Below are positions 28,564 through 36,839 of a DNA stretch of 64,000 nt, piece by piece (the stretch's first letter is position 1; the number at the start of each line of letters is the position of its first letter). Origin of the DNA: Candidatus Sericytochromatia bacterium. GTDB taxonomy: Bacteria; Cyanobacteriota; Sericytochromatia; S15B-MN24; JAQBPE01. The position numbers and the translations under genes are program-made. The notes beneath the pieces were generated by a model. That model saw nothing but the letters and a program-made list of their open reading frames with translations, made no database searches and had not been told where the DNA came from. The stretch spans positions 64,001-128,000 of the forward strand of contig JAYKHR010000048.1 of the NCBI GenBank assembly GCA_035285125.1, written 5' to 3'.

Positions 28564-29693
28564 GTAGCAGCCCCTTTCGAGAGCTCCCGGGCGCCCCAGG
28601 AGGCCCAGTAGTCGGCCCACTCGACGCGCTTGCCTTCTTCGGAGAGGCGCAGCGGGCGCTTGGCGTCGACCATGACGGCGTACTCCTGGGTGGCGGTCTT
28701 GGTCCAGCTCGCAGCCATCGCCTTCGGGTGGGGGCCGTGGTGGATGCCCACGGGATGGTGGGTGACCATCCCGGGCGCGATGCCGTCCCGGCTGAAGAAA
28801 TCGCCGGCGTGGTAGAAGATGACCTCATCGAAGTCGATGTTGCGGTGGTAGAAGGGCACGCGCACGGCCTCGGGGTCCTCTTCCAACGGCCTCGGCGCGA
28901 AGGTGCAGACCACGAAGTTGTGACCCAGCACCGTGGTATGCACGCTAGGGGGCAGGTGGTAGCGATGGCTCATCACGGGGCGGAAGTCTCGCACGTTCAG
29001 CTTCCACGGCGTCAGGTCGCCCTTCCACCCCACCGTGTCGATGGGGTCGAACGGGTAGAACACCGAGGTGTGGGCACCCTCCCGCCGAATCACGAGCTCC
29101 CACTCGCCACCTTCTGCCAGCGAGGGGGCCGGGCTGGGCGTCACGATGACGCCGGGGTCAAAAAGCGCGTTGCGTCCAAGCATGCCCCGATCAGGCAGGC
29201 GGATTTCGGAGGCCGACTCGATGATCAAGACGACGGGGTCGTCCCCCGCCGGCGTGTAGCGGTAGGTCGTGCCCCGCGGGATCACGACGTAGTCGCCCAC
29301 TTCGACCTCGAGGGGGCCATAGTCCGTCTCGAGGCGCCCCCCACCACGGTGCACGAACCACACCTCGTCACCGTCGGCGTTGCGGTACGCGTAGGGCATC
29401 GGGGCCCGCCGGCGCGAGATGCGCAGCGCGACGTCCTCGTTTTCGAGGAAGGTCACGGGCGTGCCACGCGGATCCTCGGCGTCCCCTGGCGTCAACGCCA
29501 GGGCGTTCAGGGCGCGCGGCCTCAGGGGCCCCTCGATGCGCAACCAGTTGGTCGGGGGATGCGCATGGTACAGGTGGGACACCCGCCCGAAGAACCCGTT
29601 GCGGCCGTGCTCTTCTTCGTAGGTGCCCTCGGGCAGGCCGACGTGGGCCTGGGGGGCATAGCGCCCCTTGGCAAGCATGAACAGGTCTTCCAT
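28560..29693 (-). CDS. hmgA: Homogentisate 1,2-dioxygenase
   Basis: EEHGRNGFFG, RNADGDE, VGWKGDL, LPPSVH, PFYHRNIDFDE, HHGP. Confidence 0.93.
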   Translation of the reverse strand: MEDLFMLAKGRYAPQAHVGLPEGTYEEEHGRNGFFGRVSHLYHAHPPTNWLRIEGPLRPRALNALALTPGDAEDPRGTPVTFLENEDVALRISRRRAPMPYAYRNADGDEVWFVHRGGGRLETDYGPLEVEVGDYVVIPRGTTYRYTPAGDDPVVLIIESASEIRLPDRGMLGRNALFDPGVIVTPSPAPSLAEGGEWELVIRREGAHTSVFYPFDPIDTVGWKGDLTPWKLNVRDFRPVMSHRYHLPPSVHTTVLGHNFVVCTFAPRPLEEDPEAVRVPFYHRNIDFDEVIFYHAGDFFSRDGIAPGMVTHHPVGIHHGPHPKAMAASWTKTATQEYAVMVDAKRPLRLSEEGKRVEWADYWASWGARELSKGAAT

Positions 29694-29711
29694 ACAGAGC
29701 GTCTCCCCCCG

Positions 29712-30746
29712 TCAGGCCGAGGCAGGGCCCGAAGACCCCGGCCGCAGCTGGGGCATCGGCTCCTTGCACGGCTGCCCCACGATGTTGCGCAACACCCCCA
29801 ACCCGGCGACCTCGAGCTCGACCACGTCACCAGGCTGGATCCAGCGGTCCAGCTCGAGCCCGCAGCCCCGTCCCACCGTGCCGGAGGCGATCAGATCGCC
29901 GGGGTAAAGGGTCTCATCCATCGAGACGTGCGCGATCATCTGGGCGAAGCTCCAGTAGGGGTTCCCCGCGTCGCTATCCGACCAGACCTCCCCGTTCACG
30001 CGCACGATGGCGGGCCAGGGGCTCCGGCAGTCGAGTTCGTCGGGCGTGACCAGCCACGGCCCGATGACAGTGGCAAAGTCCTTCCCCTTGGCTGGGCCGA
30101 GGCGGCAGGCCATCTCCTTGCGCTGGATGTCCCGGGCCGACACATCGTTCAAGATGGTGTAACCGGCGATGTAGTCGGCCGCATCCTCCAGAGAGATGTT
30201 CCGTCCCTCTCGCCCGATCACCACAGCGACCTCCAGCTCGAAGTCGAGCTTGCGCGTGTAGCGCGGCCAGGGAAGCGGGGCCTCGGGCCCAAGCAGCGTG
30301 CGGTGGTTGCCCTTGTAGTAGACGGGCACCTCGTACCAGGGCTCGGGGATGGCCTCGCCTCGCTTGGCGAAGCCTGTCCGCACATGCTCTTCGAAGGCGT
30401 AGAAGTCTCGCAGGCTCTGGGGGCGAGGCAGCGGTGCCAGCAGGGCGTAGGAGCCATCCCCGTGCACCAAGCTCGCACCGTCTGGTGCGGTGGGGAGCGT
30501 TTCGAAACCCTCAAGCGCAGCCAGCGTCTCGCGGAGTTCCTTGAAGGCCCGGGGCCCGAGCGTCAGGAACGCGATGAGGTCGGGCGGACAGAGCGCGTCG
30601 GCCAGGGACCGCCAGGCCGACTCACCCTGCTGGCTGAGCCGCCAGGCGGTGGCCGAGTTGAGGTCCAGCACGCCGCCCCGCCAGGGGAGGCCAAGCCGCT
30701 CGTGTCGGCCCAGGACGGTCTGGATCTCGATGGTGACTAGACGCAT
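29712..30746 (-). CDS. fahA: Fumarylacetoacetate hydrolase family protein
   Basis: RDFYAFEEH, LDFELE, ILNDVSARDIQ, KGKDF, SGTVG; adjacent to hmgA. Confidence 0.88.
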   Translation of the reverse strand: MRLVTIEIQTVLGRHERLGLPWRGGVLDLNSATAWRLSQQGESAWRSLADALCPPDLIAFLTLGPRAFKELRETLAALEGFETLPTAPDGASLVHGDGSYALLAPLPRPQSLRDFYAFEEHVRTGFAKRGEAIPEPWYEVPVYYKGNHRTLLGPEAPLPWPRYTRKLDFELEVAVVIGREGRNISLEDAADYIAGYTILNDVSARDIQRKEMACRLGPAKGKDFATVIGPWLVTPDELDCRSPWPAIVRVNGEVWSDSDAGNPYWSFAQMIAHVSMDETLYPGDLIASGTVGRGCGLELDRWIQPGDVVELEVAGLGVLRNIVGQPCKEPMPQLRPGSSGPASA

Positions 30747-30786
30747 GGCAAATGCCTCGGAGCACGGCGGCACAGGGCCGAAAGCG

Positions 30787-30810
30787 AAAAACCCCGCCAG
30801 CGGGCGGGGT
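30787..30810 (-). terminator. Intrinsic terminator after rpsT
   Basis: ACCCCGCC/GGCGGGGT stem followed by a T-run on the minus strand. Confidence 0.85.
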
Positions 30811-30825
30811 CTCGCGACCGAAGGT

Positions 30826-31098
30826 TCAGGCCTCCGCGGTGGCGGCGGAGTTCACCCTCTTCATCATGCGCGACTTGAGGCGAGCGGCCTTGTTGGGGTG
30901 GATGACACCCTTGCGAGCCGCGCGATCGATGGCGCTCACGGCGGTCACGGTGGCGGCGGCAATCTCGCCCTCGCCCTCGACCGCAGACTTGACTTGCTTG
31001 ATGCGGGTCTTCACCTCGGACTTCACCGCAATGTTGCGCAGGCGATTCCGCTCGGCAACTTCAACGCGCTTGATGCCCGACTTGATGCGCTTGGCCAT
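30826..31098 (-). CDS. rpsT: 30S ribosomal protein S20
   Basis: RNRLRNIAVKSEVKT, IDRAARKGVIHPNKAARLKSR. Confidence 0.98.
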   Translation of the reverse strand: MAKRIKSGIKRVEVAERNRLRNIAVKSEVKTRIKQVKSAVEGEGEIAAATVTAVSAIDRAARKGVIHPNKAARLKSRMMKRVNSAATAEA

Positions 31099-31251
31099 GG
31101 TTGAATTTCACTCCAAAAACGTGCTGTTCGGTGGTTCGCGCAGCGACCGGCGACGCAGAGCGGCTGCCGATGGGCTTCGCTGAGGGGTTTGCCGGGTTTT
31201 CTTAGCTTTTAACTAAGACGCGGGCAAAGTGAGGTCAAGAGGACAGCCTTC

Positions 31252-31280
31252 AGTATACCGAAGCGGGGCGCACGTTGCAA
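31252..31280 (-). promoter_or_regulatory. Sigma70 promoter of rpsT
   Basis: TTGCAA-17 nt-TATACT on the minus strand. Confidence 0.75.
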
Positions 31281-31298
31281 ACCATGCGATCGCCTCGC

Positions 31299-32036
31299 TC
31301 ACGGCCACACCAGCACCCCCCCATTGAAAGGCGGGATGACCCGGCCGTCGGCATGGTGGCCCAGCGGCGTCGTCAGGGCCTGGCCGAGCTGGGCCAGCGT
31401 GACGACCATGGGGCCGGGGGCCAAGGGATCGCACAGCGTGGCCCGATCGCCCTCGATGGCCGTGAGCAGCGCGAAGTGGCCGCCGTCGTACCGCCGGGTC
31501 AGCCTGGCGACGTAGGCCGGCGAAGGGTTGAGGTTCAGGATGACCAGCCGCCCGGGCTCTCGCATGGCCTGCCGGATCGCATCGAGGCCGTGGATGAACT
31601 CGGCATGGAGCCCGAACACGCGCGCGCCCGCCGCGATCTCGATGGGGTAGGTCCAGACCCCCTCCTCGACCATCCCCGTCATCGCCCGTCGCACCCGGCG
31701 AATCAGCGCGGCCTGGTCGGGTGCCTCCGCCTGCCCAGGGCGCACGCCATAGGCACACAGCGCCATCGCCAGGGAGGTCGGGCCACAATTGGCGTTGGTC
31801 TGACGGAGTTCCGTGGGGTTCCATCGGGCATGTCGGTACTGGCTGATGAAAAAGTGGTCGGCCCGCTGCAGGGCAGCCACGAGCTCGGGCGAGCCCGCCT
31901 CCGCCGCAGAGTCGCCCCCGGGCGCCGCGACCCGGCGCGCGAGCCACACGGAGGCCTCAAGCGGCGAGCTCGAGCAGCTGAAAAACATCAACAGGGCCAC
32001 CAAGCTACCCCAGGCGAACGCACTGGTCCGGCGCAT
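31299..32036 (-). CDS. C39-like cysteine peptidase, secreted or membrane-anchored
   Basis: N-terminal hydrophobic segment; Q..NCGPTSLAMAL, GHF and DP catalytic pattern. Confidence 0.75.
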   Translation of the reverse strand: MRRTSAFAWGSLVALLMFFSCSSSPLEASVWLARRVAAPGGDSAAEAGSPELVAALQRADHFFISQYRHARWNPTELRQTNANCGPTSLAMALCAYGVRPGQAEAPDQAALIRRVRRAMTGMVEEGVWTYPIEIAAGARVFGLHAEFIHGLDAIRQAMREPGRLVILNLNPSPAYVARLTRRYDGGHFALLTAIEGDRATLCDPLAPGPMVVTLAQLGQALTTPLGHHADGRVIPPFNGGVLVWP

Positions 32037-32198
32037 CTGCTCCTCCCCTCACGTCGACCGGACGTCCACGACCTCTCCATGCACGGCCCCGCGGCCGACA
32101 TAACGGCCCGCACCCCGACAGGACGTATCGATTTGTGAAGCCCCGAGAAGCCGAAGCCCCGCCAAACGACCCGACCCAACCCTCACGGTGGGTGGACA

Positions 32199-32250
32199 TT
32201 GACAGTTTCGCGTCAGCCGGGCACCATGGGCTAGCTGATAATAATTCTCA
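32199..32250 (+). promoter_or_regulatory. Promoter (TTGACA-17-CACCAT) and Fur box TGATAATAATTCTCA (32236-32250)
   Basis: One mismatch to the 7-1-7 Fur consensus TGATAATnATTATCA, directly upstream of fur-feoAB. Confidence 0.85.
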
Positions 32251-32259
32251 AGTACCCCT

Positions 32260-32718
32260 GTGTCCCTTCGCACCGATCTCACCAAAGCCCAGGCCGACCT
32301 CCGCCAGCGGGGGTATCGCGTCACGCCCCAGCGGGACACCATTCTCAGGGTCTTCCACGGCCTGCCGGAGGGCACCCACCTCAGCGCAGATGAGCTGCAG
32401 TTCAGGCTCAAGCAAGACGGTTGCGGCATCGGCCTGGCCACCACCTACCGCACGCTCAAGCTCCTTGCCTCCCTCGGGCTGCTACGCGAGCTTGATTTCG
32501 CGGAGGGCCACAAGCACTACGAGCTAGCCACCGGGGAGGCAGCCCCGCACCACCACCTCATCTGCACGGAATGCAGCGGAACCGTCGAGTTCGAGCAGGC
32601 CCCCCTGCTCGAACTCGGCCAGGAGGTGGCGAGGGCGCACGGCTACCGCCTCCACGACGTCCAGCTGAAGGTGTTCGGGACGTGCCCGGCCTGCATCAGC
32701 GATGGGAGCGAAACATGA
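32260..32718 (+). CDS. fur: Ferric uptake regulator family protein
   Basis: RVTPQR, HLSADEL, IGLATTYRTL, HHHLICTEC, C-terminal CPAC. Confidence 0.95.
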   Translation: MSLRTDLTKAQADLRQRGYRVTPQRDTILRVFHGLPEGTHLSADELQFRLKQDGCGIGLATTYRTLKLLASLGLLRELDFAEGHKHYELATGEAAPHHHLICTECSGTVEFEQAPLLELGQEVARAHGYRLHDVQLKVFGTCPACISDGSET

Positions 32719-32939
32719 CCCTCGACGAGGTCCGGCCCGGACAGCGCATTCGCATCCGAACCATCTCGGCCCCCGAGGTCCGCTCGCAGGCCATCCGCCT
32801 GGGCCTGGGCGAGGGTGCCGAGGCCATCTGTCGGGCCACGCTGCCGCGTGGCCCCATCGTGCTCGGCCGCGCCAACCAGGAGGTCGCCATCGGGCGGCCG
32901 CTGGCCGAGGCAATCACCGTGGAGGTTCTCAGCGCGTGA
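32715..32939 (+). CDS. feoA: Ferrous iron transport protein A
   Basis: 74 aa, MTLDEVRPG..RLGLGEG..GPIVL..EVAIGR..AEAITVE; ATGA overlap with fur. Confidence 0.92.
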   Translation: MTLDEVRPGQRIRIRTISAPEVRSQAIRLGLGEGAEAICRATLPRGPIVLGRANQEVAIGRPLAEAITVEVLSA

Positions 32940-34780
32940 CGACAGCTCCCCTGACGGCAGCCCCCGAGCGACGCCTGGTCCTGGTCGGCAACCCGAACGT
33001 CGGGAAGTCGGTCTTCTTCAACGCTCTGACGGGGCTCTACGTCGACGTCGCCAACTACCCCGGGACGACAGTGGACGTGAGCCGGGGACACCACGCGGGC
33101 CTGGCCGTGCTGGACACCCCCGGCGTTTACGGCGTGGGCTCGTTCAACGACGAGGAACGCGTCGCTCGCGATATCGTGCTGTGCGCCGACGTGGTGCTGA
33201 ACGTCGTCGCCGCGCCCACGCTCGAGCGCGACCTGTTCCTGACGCTCCAGTTGCTGGACATGGGGCTGCCGATGGTGGTGGCCCTGAACCAGATGGACGA
33301 TGCGGACGCCACGGGCGTGCGGATCGACGTGGAGGCGCTTTCCGGTTTGCTCGGGGTGCCCGTCATCCCGTGCGTGGCAACGCGGGGGCAGGGCCTGGAG
33401 GCCGTCGTGGCGAGGTTGTCCGAGGCCCGCCCCGGCCACGCGGACCCGATGGTGACCGCCTGGGCCGAGGCGCTGCCCACGCCACTGGGAACCGCTCCCG
33501 AAAGACTGCTCGCGCTGGAAGGGGACGAGGTCGTGGCGGGACGGCTCGGGCTCGATTCTGGAACCTCCGCTCACACCAAGCGGGACGAGGTCTATGCGGC
33601 CCGCCGGGCGCGCGTGGATGCCCTGGTCGCCACCACGGCGACCTCGGCCAGCGCGGCCGTGCGCCTCAGCACGCGGCTCGGCCGCTGGCTGCTCACGCCC
33701 TTGTGGGGCACGTTGGCCGCCATCGTGGTGATGGCGCTGCTGTACCTGCTGGTGGGCGACATGGTCGCCCAGCGGCTCGTGGAGGTGACGGAAGGGCAGC
33801 TGATGCAGGGCGTGTACGAGCCCTGGATGAAGCGCCTGGTGGCTGCCTGGGTTCCGCCTGGGGCGCTCCAGGAAATCCTGGCTGGGGAGTTCGGGCTGCT
33901 CACCATGACCGTGACCTACGTGTTCGGGCTGTTGTTGCCCCTCGTGGTCGGGTTCTACCTGTTCCTGGCCGTGCTCGAAGACACGGGCTACCTGCCCCGG
34001 CTGGCCGTGCTGGTCGACCGAGCGCTGTCGGCGATCGGCCTGAACGGCCGCGCAGTGATCCCCTTGATCATCGGGTTCGGCTGCGTGACGATGGCCACGA
34101 TCACGACCCGGCTGCTGGGCACCCAGCGCGAGAAGACCATCGCCACCGCGATCCTGGGCCTCACCATCCCCTGCTCGGCGCAGCTGGGCGTGATCCTGGG
34201 GTTGCTGGGCAAGACGGGCAGCTGGACGGCCTGGGCCACCTATGTGGCCACGATGGGCGCCGTGCTGGTGGCCCTGGGCACGGTGCTCGATCGCCTGTTG
34301 CCCGGGCGCTCCTCGGCGCTCCTGATCGACCTGCCGCCGCTGCGGTTGCCCCTGTGGCGGAACGTCGGACGCAAGACGTTCACCAAGTCGGTGGCCTTCT
34401 TGCAGGAGGCCGTGCCGCTGTTCCTGTTCGCAGCCCTGGCCGTGGGCGTCTGCAAGGTCACGGGGCTGCTCACCACCATCAGCCAGGCCCTCTCGCCTCT
34501 GGTCGTCGGCGTCCTGCACCTGCCGCGCGAGGCCGCAGCCGCGTTCCTGATGGGCCTCATCCGACGAGACTTCGGCGCTGCGGGCCTGACGGACATGGCC
34601 CTCAGGCCCTCCCAGACGGTCGTGGCGCTGGTGGTGATCACCCTCTTCGTGCCCTGCATCGCGACCGTGGTCGTGCTCTTCAAGGAGCGGGGCTGGCGGG
34701 AGGCGGCCGTGCTGTGGGGAGGCTCCTGGGTGCTGGCCTTCGCGATCGGCGGCGCGCTGGCGGCTGCGCTGGGTGCCTGA
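32936..34780 (+). CDS. feoB: Ferrous iron transport protein B
   Basis: GNPNVGKS, NYPGTTVD, DTPG, LEDTGYLPR, GFGC, PCSAQ, LFVPCIAT. Confidence 0.97.
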   Translation: MTTAPLTAAPERRLVLVGNPNVGKSVFFNALTGLYVDVANYPGTTVDVSRGHHAGLAVLDTPGVYGVGSFNDEERVARDIVLCADVVLNVVAAPTLERDLFLTLQLLDMGLPMVVALNQMDDADATGVRIDVEALSGLLGVPVIPCVATRGQGLEAVVARLSEARPGHADPMVTAWAEALPTPLGTAPERLLALEGDEVVAGRLGLDSGTSAHTKRDEVYAARRARVDALVATTATSASAAVRLSTRLGRWLLTPLWGTLAAIVVMALLYLLVGDMVAQRLVEVTEGQLMQGVYEPWMKRLVAAWVPPGALQEILAGEFGLLTMTVTYVFGLLLPLVVGFYLFLAVLEDTGYLPRLAVLVDRALSAIGLNGRAVIPLIIGFGCVTMATITTRLLGTQREKTIATAILGLTIPCSAQLGVILGLLGKTGSWTAWATYVATMGAVLVALGTVLDRLLPGRSSALLIDLPPLRLPLWRNVGRKTFTKSVAFLQEAVPLFLFAALAVGVCKVTGLLTTISQALSPLVVGVLHLPREAAAAFLMGLIRRDFGAAGLTDMALRPSQTVVALVVITLFVPCIATVVVLFKERGWREAAVLWGGSWVLAFAIGGALAAALGA

Positions 34781-34783
34781 GCG

Positions 34784-34984
34784 ATGCTGCCATTCCTTCG
34801 CAAGCGGGCCGAAAGCCCCCCGACCTCGCGAGAGGCATGCCCGAGCGACCCGTGTGGCACGTGTGGCTACCCGTTGCCCGTGGCGTCGTTCGACCAGGCC
34901 TGTCCGCGCTGCCGCCGGGTGACACCCGCCGCGCGCACCTGCCCGGGCGCCTGCTCAGGCTGCGAGCTGGGGCGCGACGCGTGA
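34784..34984 (+). CDS. Small Cys-rich protein (8 Cys), FeoB-associated
   Basis: 3 bp after the feoB stop; CxxC..CxxC..CxxxCxxC; stop overlaps the next GTG. Confidence 0.7.
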   Translation: MLPFLRKRAESPPTSREACPSDPCGTCGYPLPVASFDQACPRCRRVTPAARTCPGACSGCELGRDA

Positions 34985-35160
34985 GCCTCGAGCCCTTCCG
35001 GGTCGAGGTGCCCAGCCCCGCCGGGTTGCCGTGGCTGCCCGACGTGGAGCGGTCCCTCCTGGCGGAGGGTCCCCGGCCGCTGCGCTGGGCCATCGTGGAG
35101 GCCCGTGGCGAGACGCTCGTCATCGAGGGAGTGCGCTGGTGTTCACCGCCGTCCACCTGA
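34981..35160 (+). CDS. Small hypothetical protein with PLRWAI motif (59 aa)
   Basis: GTGA overlap with the Cys-rich gene; MSLEPFRVEVPSPAGLPWLPDVERSLLAEGPRPLRWAIVEARGETLVIEGVRW. Confidence 0.7.
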   Translation: MSLEPFRVEVPSPAGLPWLPDVERSLLAEGPRPLRWAIVEARGETLVIEGVRWCSPPST

Positions 35161-36197
35161 TCCCGACGGGGGTCGGAGCCGCCATCGGGGGCTACGCCGG
35201 AGATGGCGGGCCCGCGGCCGCGTTGCTGGCGGCCGTGTGCGATCGCCTCGTCACCCACCCGAACGCCGTGAACGGCGCCCAGCTGCTGGCGCTGCCCCCC
35301 AACGGGCTGTACGTGGAGGGCTCCGCGCTCGACGGCTGGCTGGCAGGGCGGCTGGCGCTGCGCCCCGTGAGGGCCCGCAAGATCGGTATCCTGGTGGACC
35401 GCGCCGTGGAGGGGCACCCGGCCGGCAGCTTGGAGGCCCTGCACCACGCGGCAGACGCCGTTCGGTCTGTGCACGGCGTGCCCCTGGCCGGCTGGACGCT
35501 GACGCCCCGCCCGATCGGCGTCCGCCTCGCCACCGGGGCACACGGCCACAGCACGGGTGCGGTGGAGGACCCCGAGGCCGTGCTGGCCGGGGCCCGCACC
35601 CTGGTAGCCGCCGGGGCGGAGGCCATCGCCATCGTGGCTGACCTGGGGCGGTTGGACCCCGCCGCGGAGGCCACCTACGACCAGGGCGGCGGCGTCGACC
35701 CGATCGGGGGCGTGGAGGCCATTCTGTCGCACCTGGTGGTGGCGAGCCTGGGCATCCCTGCCGCGCACGCCCCCCTCTGGCCGCACGACCCCGCGCCGCC
35801 CCATCCGGTGGACCCCCGCGCCGCCGCCGAGCACCTCGGCCACACGTTCCTGCCGTGCGTGCTGATGGGCCTGGCCCGCCACCCTTCGCTGGTGGCGCCC
35901 CCCGACTGCCAGCCGGGTGACGTGCTCCCGGGGGCCGCCGATGCGGTGGTGGTGCCGCAGGGCTGCCTGGGGGGCCCAGGCGTGCTGGCGGCCCGAGATC
36001 GCGGGGTGCCCGTGGTGGTCGTGCGGGAGAACCGGACGGCCGTCCCTCTTGAGGCCTCGGCCCTTGGCTGGGAGCCGGGAGCCGGGCTCCACGAGGTGGC
36101 CAACTACTGGGAAGCCGCCGGGCTTCTGGCATGCTGGCGGGCGGGCCTCGACCCCTGGAGCGTGCGGCGGCCCCTGCCCGCCTTGCGGCGGCTCTAG
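35139..36197 (+). CDS. DUF3326 domain protein
   Basis: IPTGVGAAIGGYAGD, THPNAVNGA, LYVEG.ALD, GVDPIGGVEAILSH, PRAAAE.LG.TFLPCVL.GL. Confidence 0.88.
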   Translation: MFTAVHLIPTGVGAAIGGYAGDGGPAAALLAAVCDRLVTHPNAVNGAQLLALPPNGLYVEGSALDGWLAGRLALRPVRARKIGILVDRAVEGHPAGSLEALHHAADAVRSVHGVPLAGWTLTPRPIGVRLATGAHGHSTGAVEDPEAVLAGARTLVAAGAEAIAIVADLGRLDPAAEATYDQGGGVDPIGGVEAILSHLVVASLGIPAAHAPLWPHDPAPPHPVDPRAAAEHLGHTFLPCVLMGLARHPSLVAPPDCQPGDVLPGAADAVVVPQGCLGGPGVLAARDRGVPVVVVRENRTAVPLEASALGWEPGAGLHEVANYWEAAGLLACWRAGLDPWSVRRPLPALRRL

Positions 36198-36241
36198 CCC
36201 GGTCGCTCCGCAGAGGCGCGGGCGCGTGCTATCATCGGCCT

Positions 36242-36775
36242 GTGCCACCCCCTGGGAGCCCACCCTTGAAGTCGCTGCGTGAAGACCTGGCCGGCCAGCG
36301 CCAGCTGAGGTTCCACCTCGACGGCCACCCGGCCGTCCTGCACCTGTTCAAGGCCAAGGGCGAGAGCACCCACCAGGTCTTCTTGAAGGTGCTCGCCTAC
36401 GCCTTCTGGGGCGCCTACGGCGAGCTGGCTTTCGAGCCCAAGACCCACCACAAGCTCGGGCCGTCCCTGGCCTCGATCGACTATGCGGGAGAGGTGCGGC
36501 TCTGGGTCCATGTGGGCCCGTTGCCCTTCGAGAAGCTGGAGCACGTGCTGCGCCACACCGACGCCGAAGAAGTGTGCTGGGTGCTTGAGGCCAGCGGCGA
36601 GGGCGAGGAACTCGAGACCGAGTTGGCCTCGCTCGTGCAGCGGATTCGTCGCCACGTCCACTACCGCTACACGGACAGGCGGCTGCGGGTGCTACTCTTT
36701 GCCCCGCTCGAGGGTTGGTTCGACCCCGCGCACGTGGTCTTGGACCCTGCCCGGTATGGCTACCACTCATTCTGA
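36242..36775 (+). CDS. YaeQ-like protein
   Basis: GES..QVFLKVLAYA, P.L..IDYAGEVRLW..VG pattern. Confidence 0.6.
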   Translation: MPPPGSPPLKSLREDLAGQRQLRFHLDGHPAVLHLFKAKGESTHQVFLKVLAYAFWGAYGELAFEPKTHHKLGPSLASIDYAGEVRLWVHVGPLPFEKLEHVLRHTDAEEVCWVLEASGEGEELETELASLVQRIRRHVHYRYTDRRLRVLLFAPLEGWFDPAHVVLDPARYGYHSF

Positions 36776-36839
36776 ACGCCTGTTGCCCACGGGGGTATGA
36801 TGGGGCCGCGGCCTGGTCGAGGGCCCCGGAGGGTTTCGC

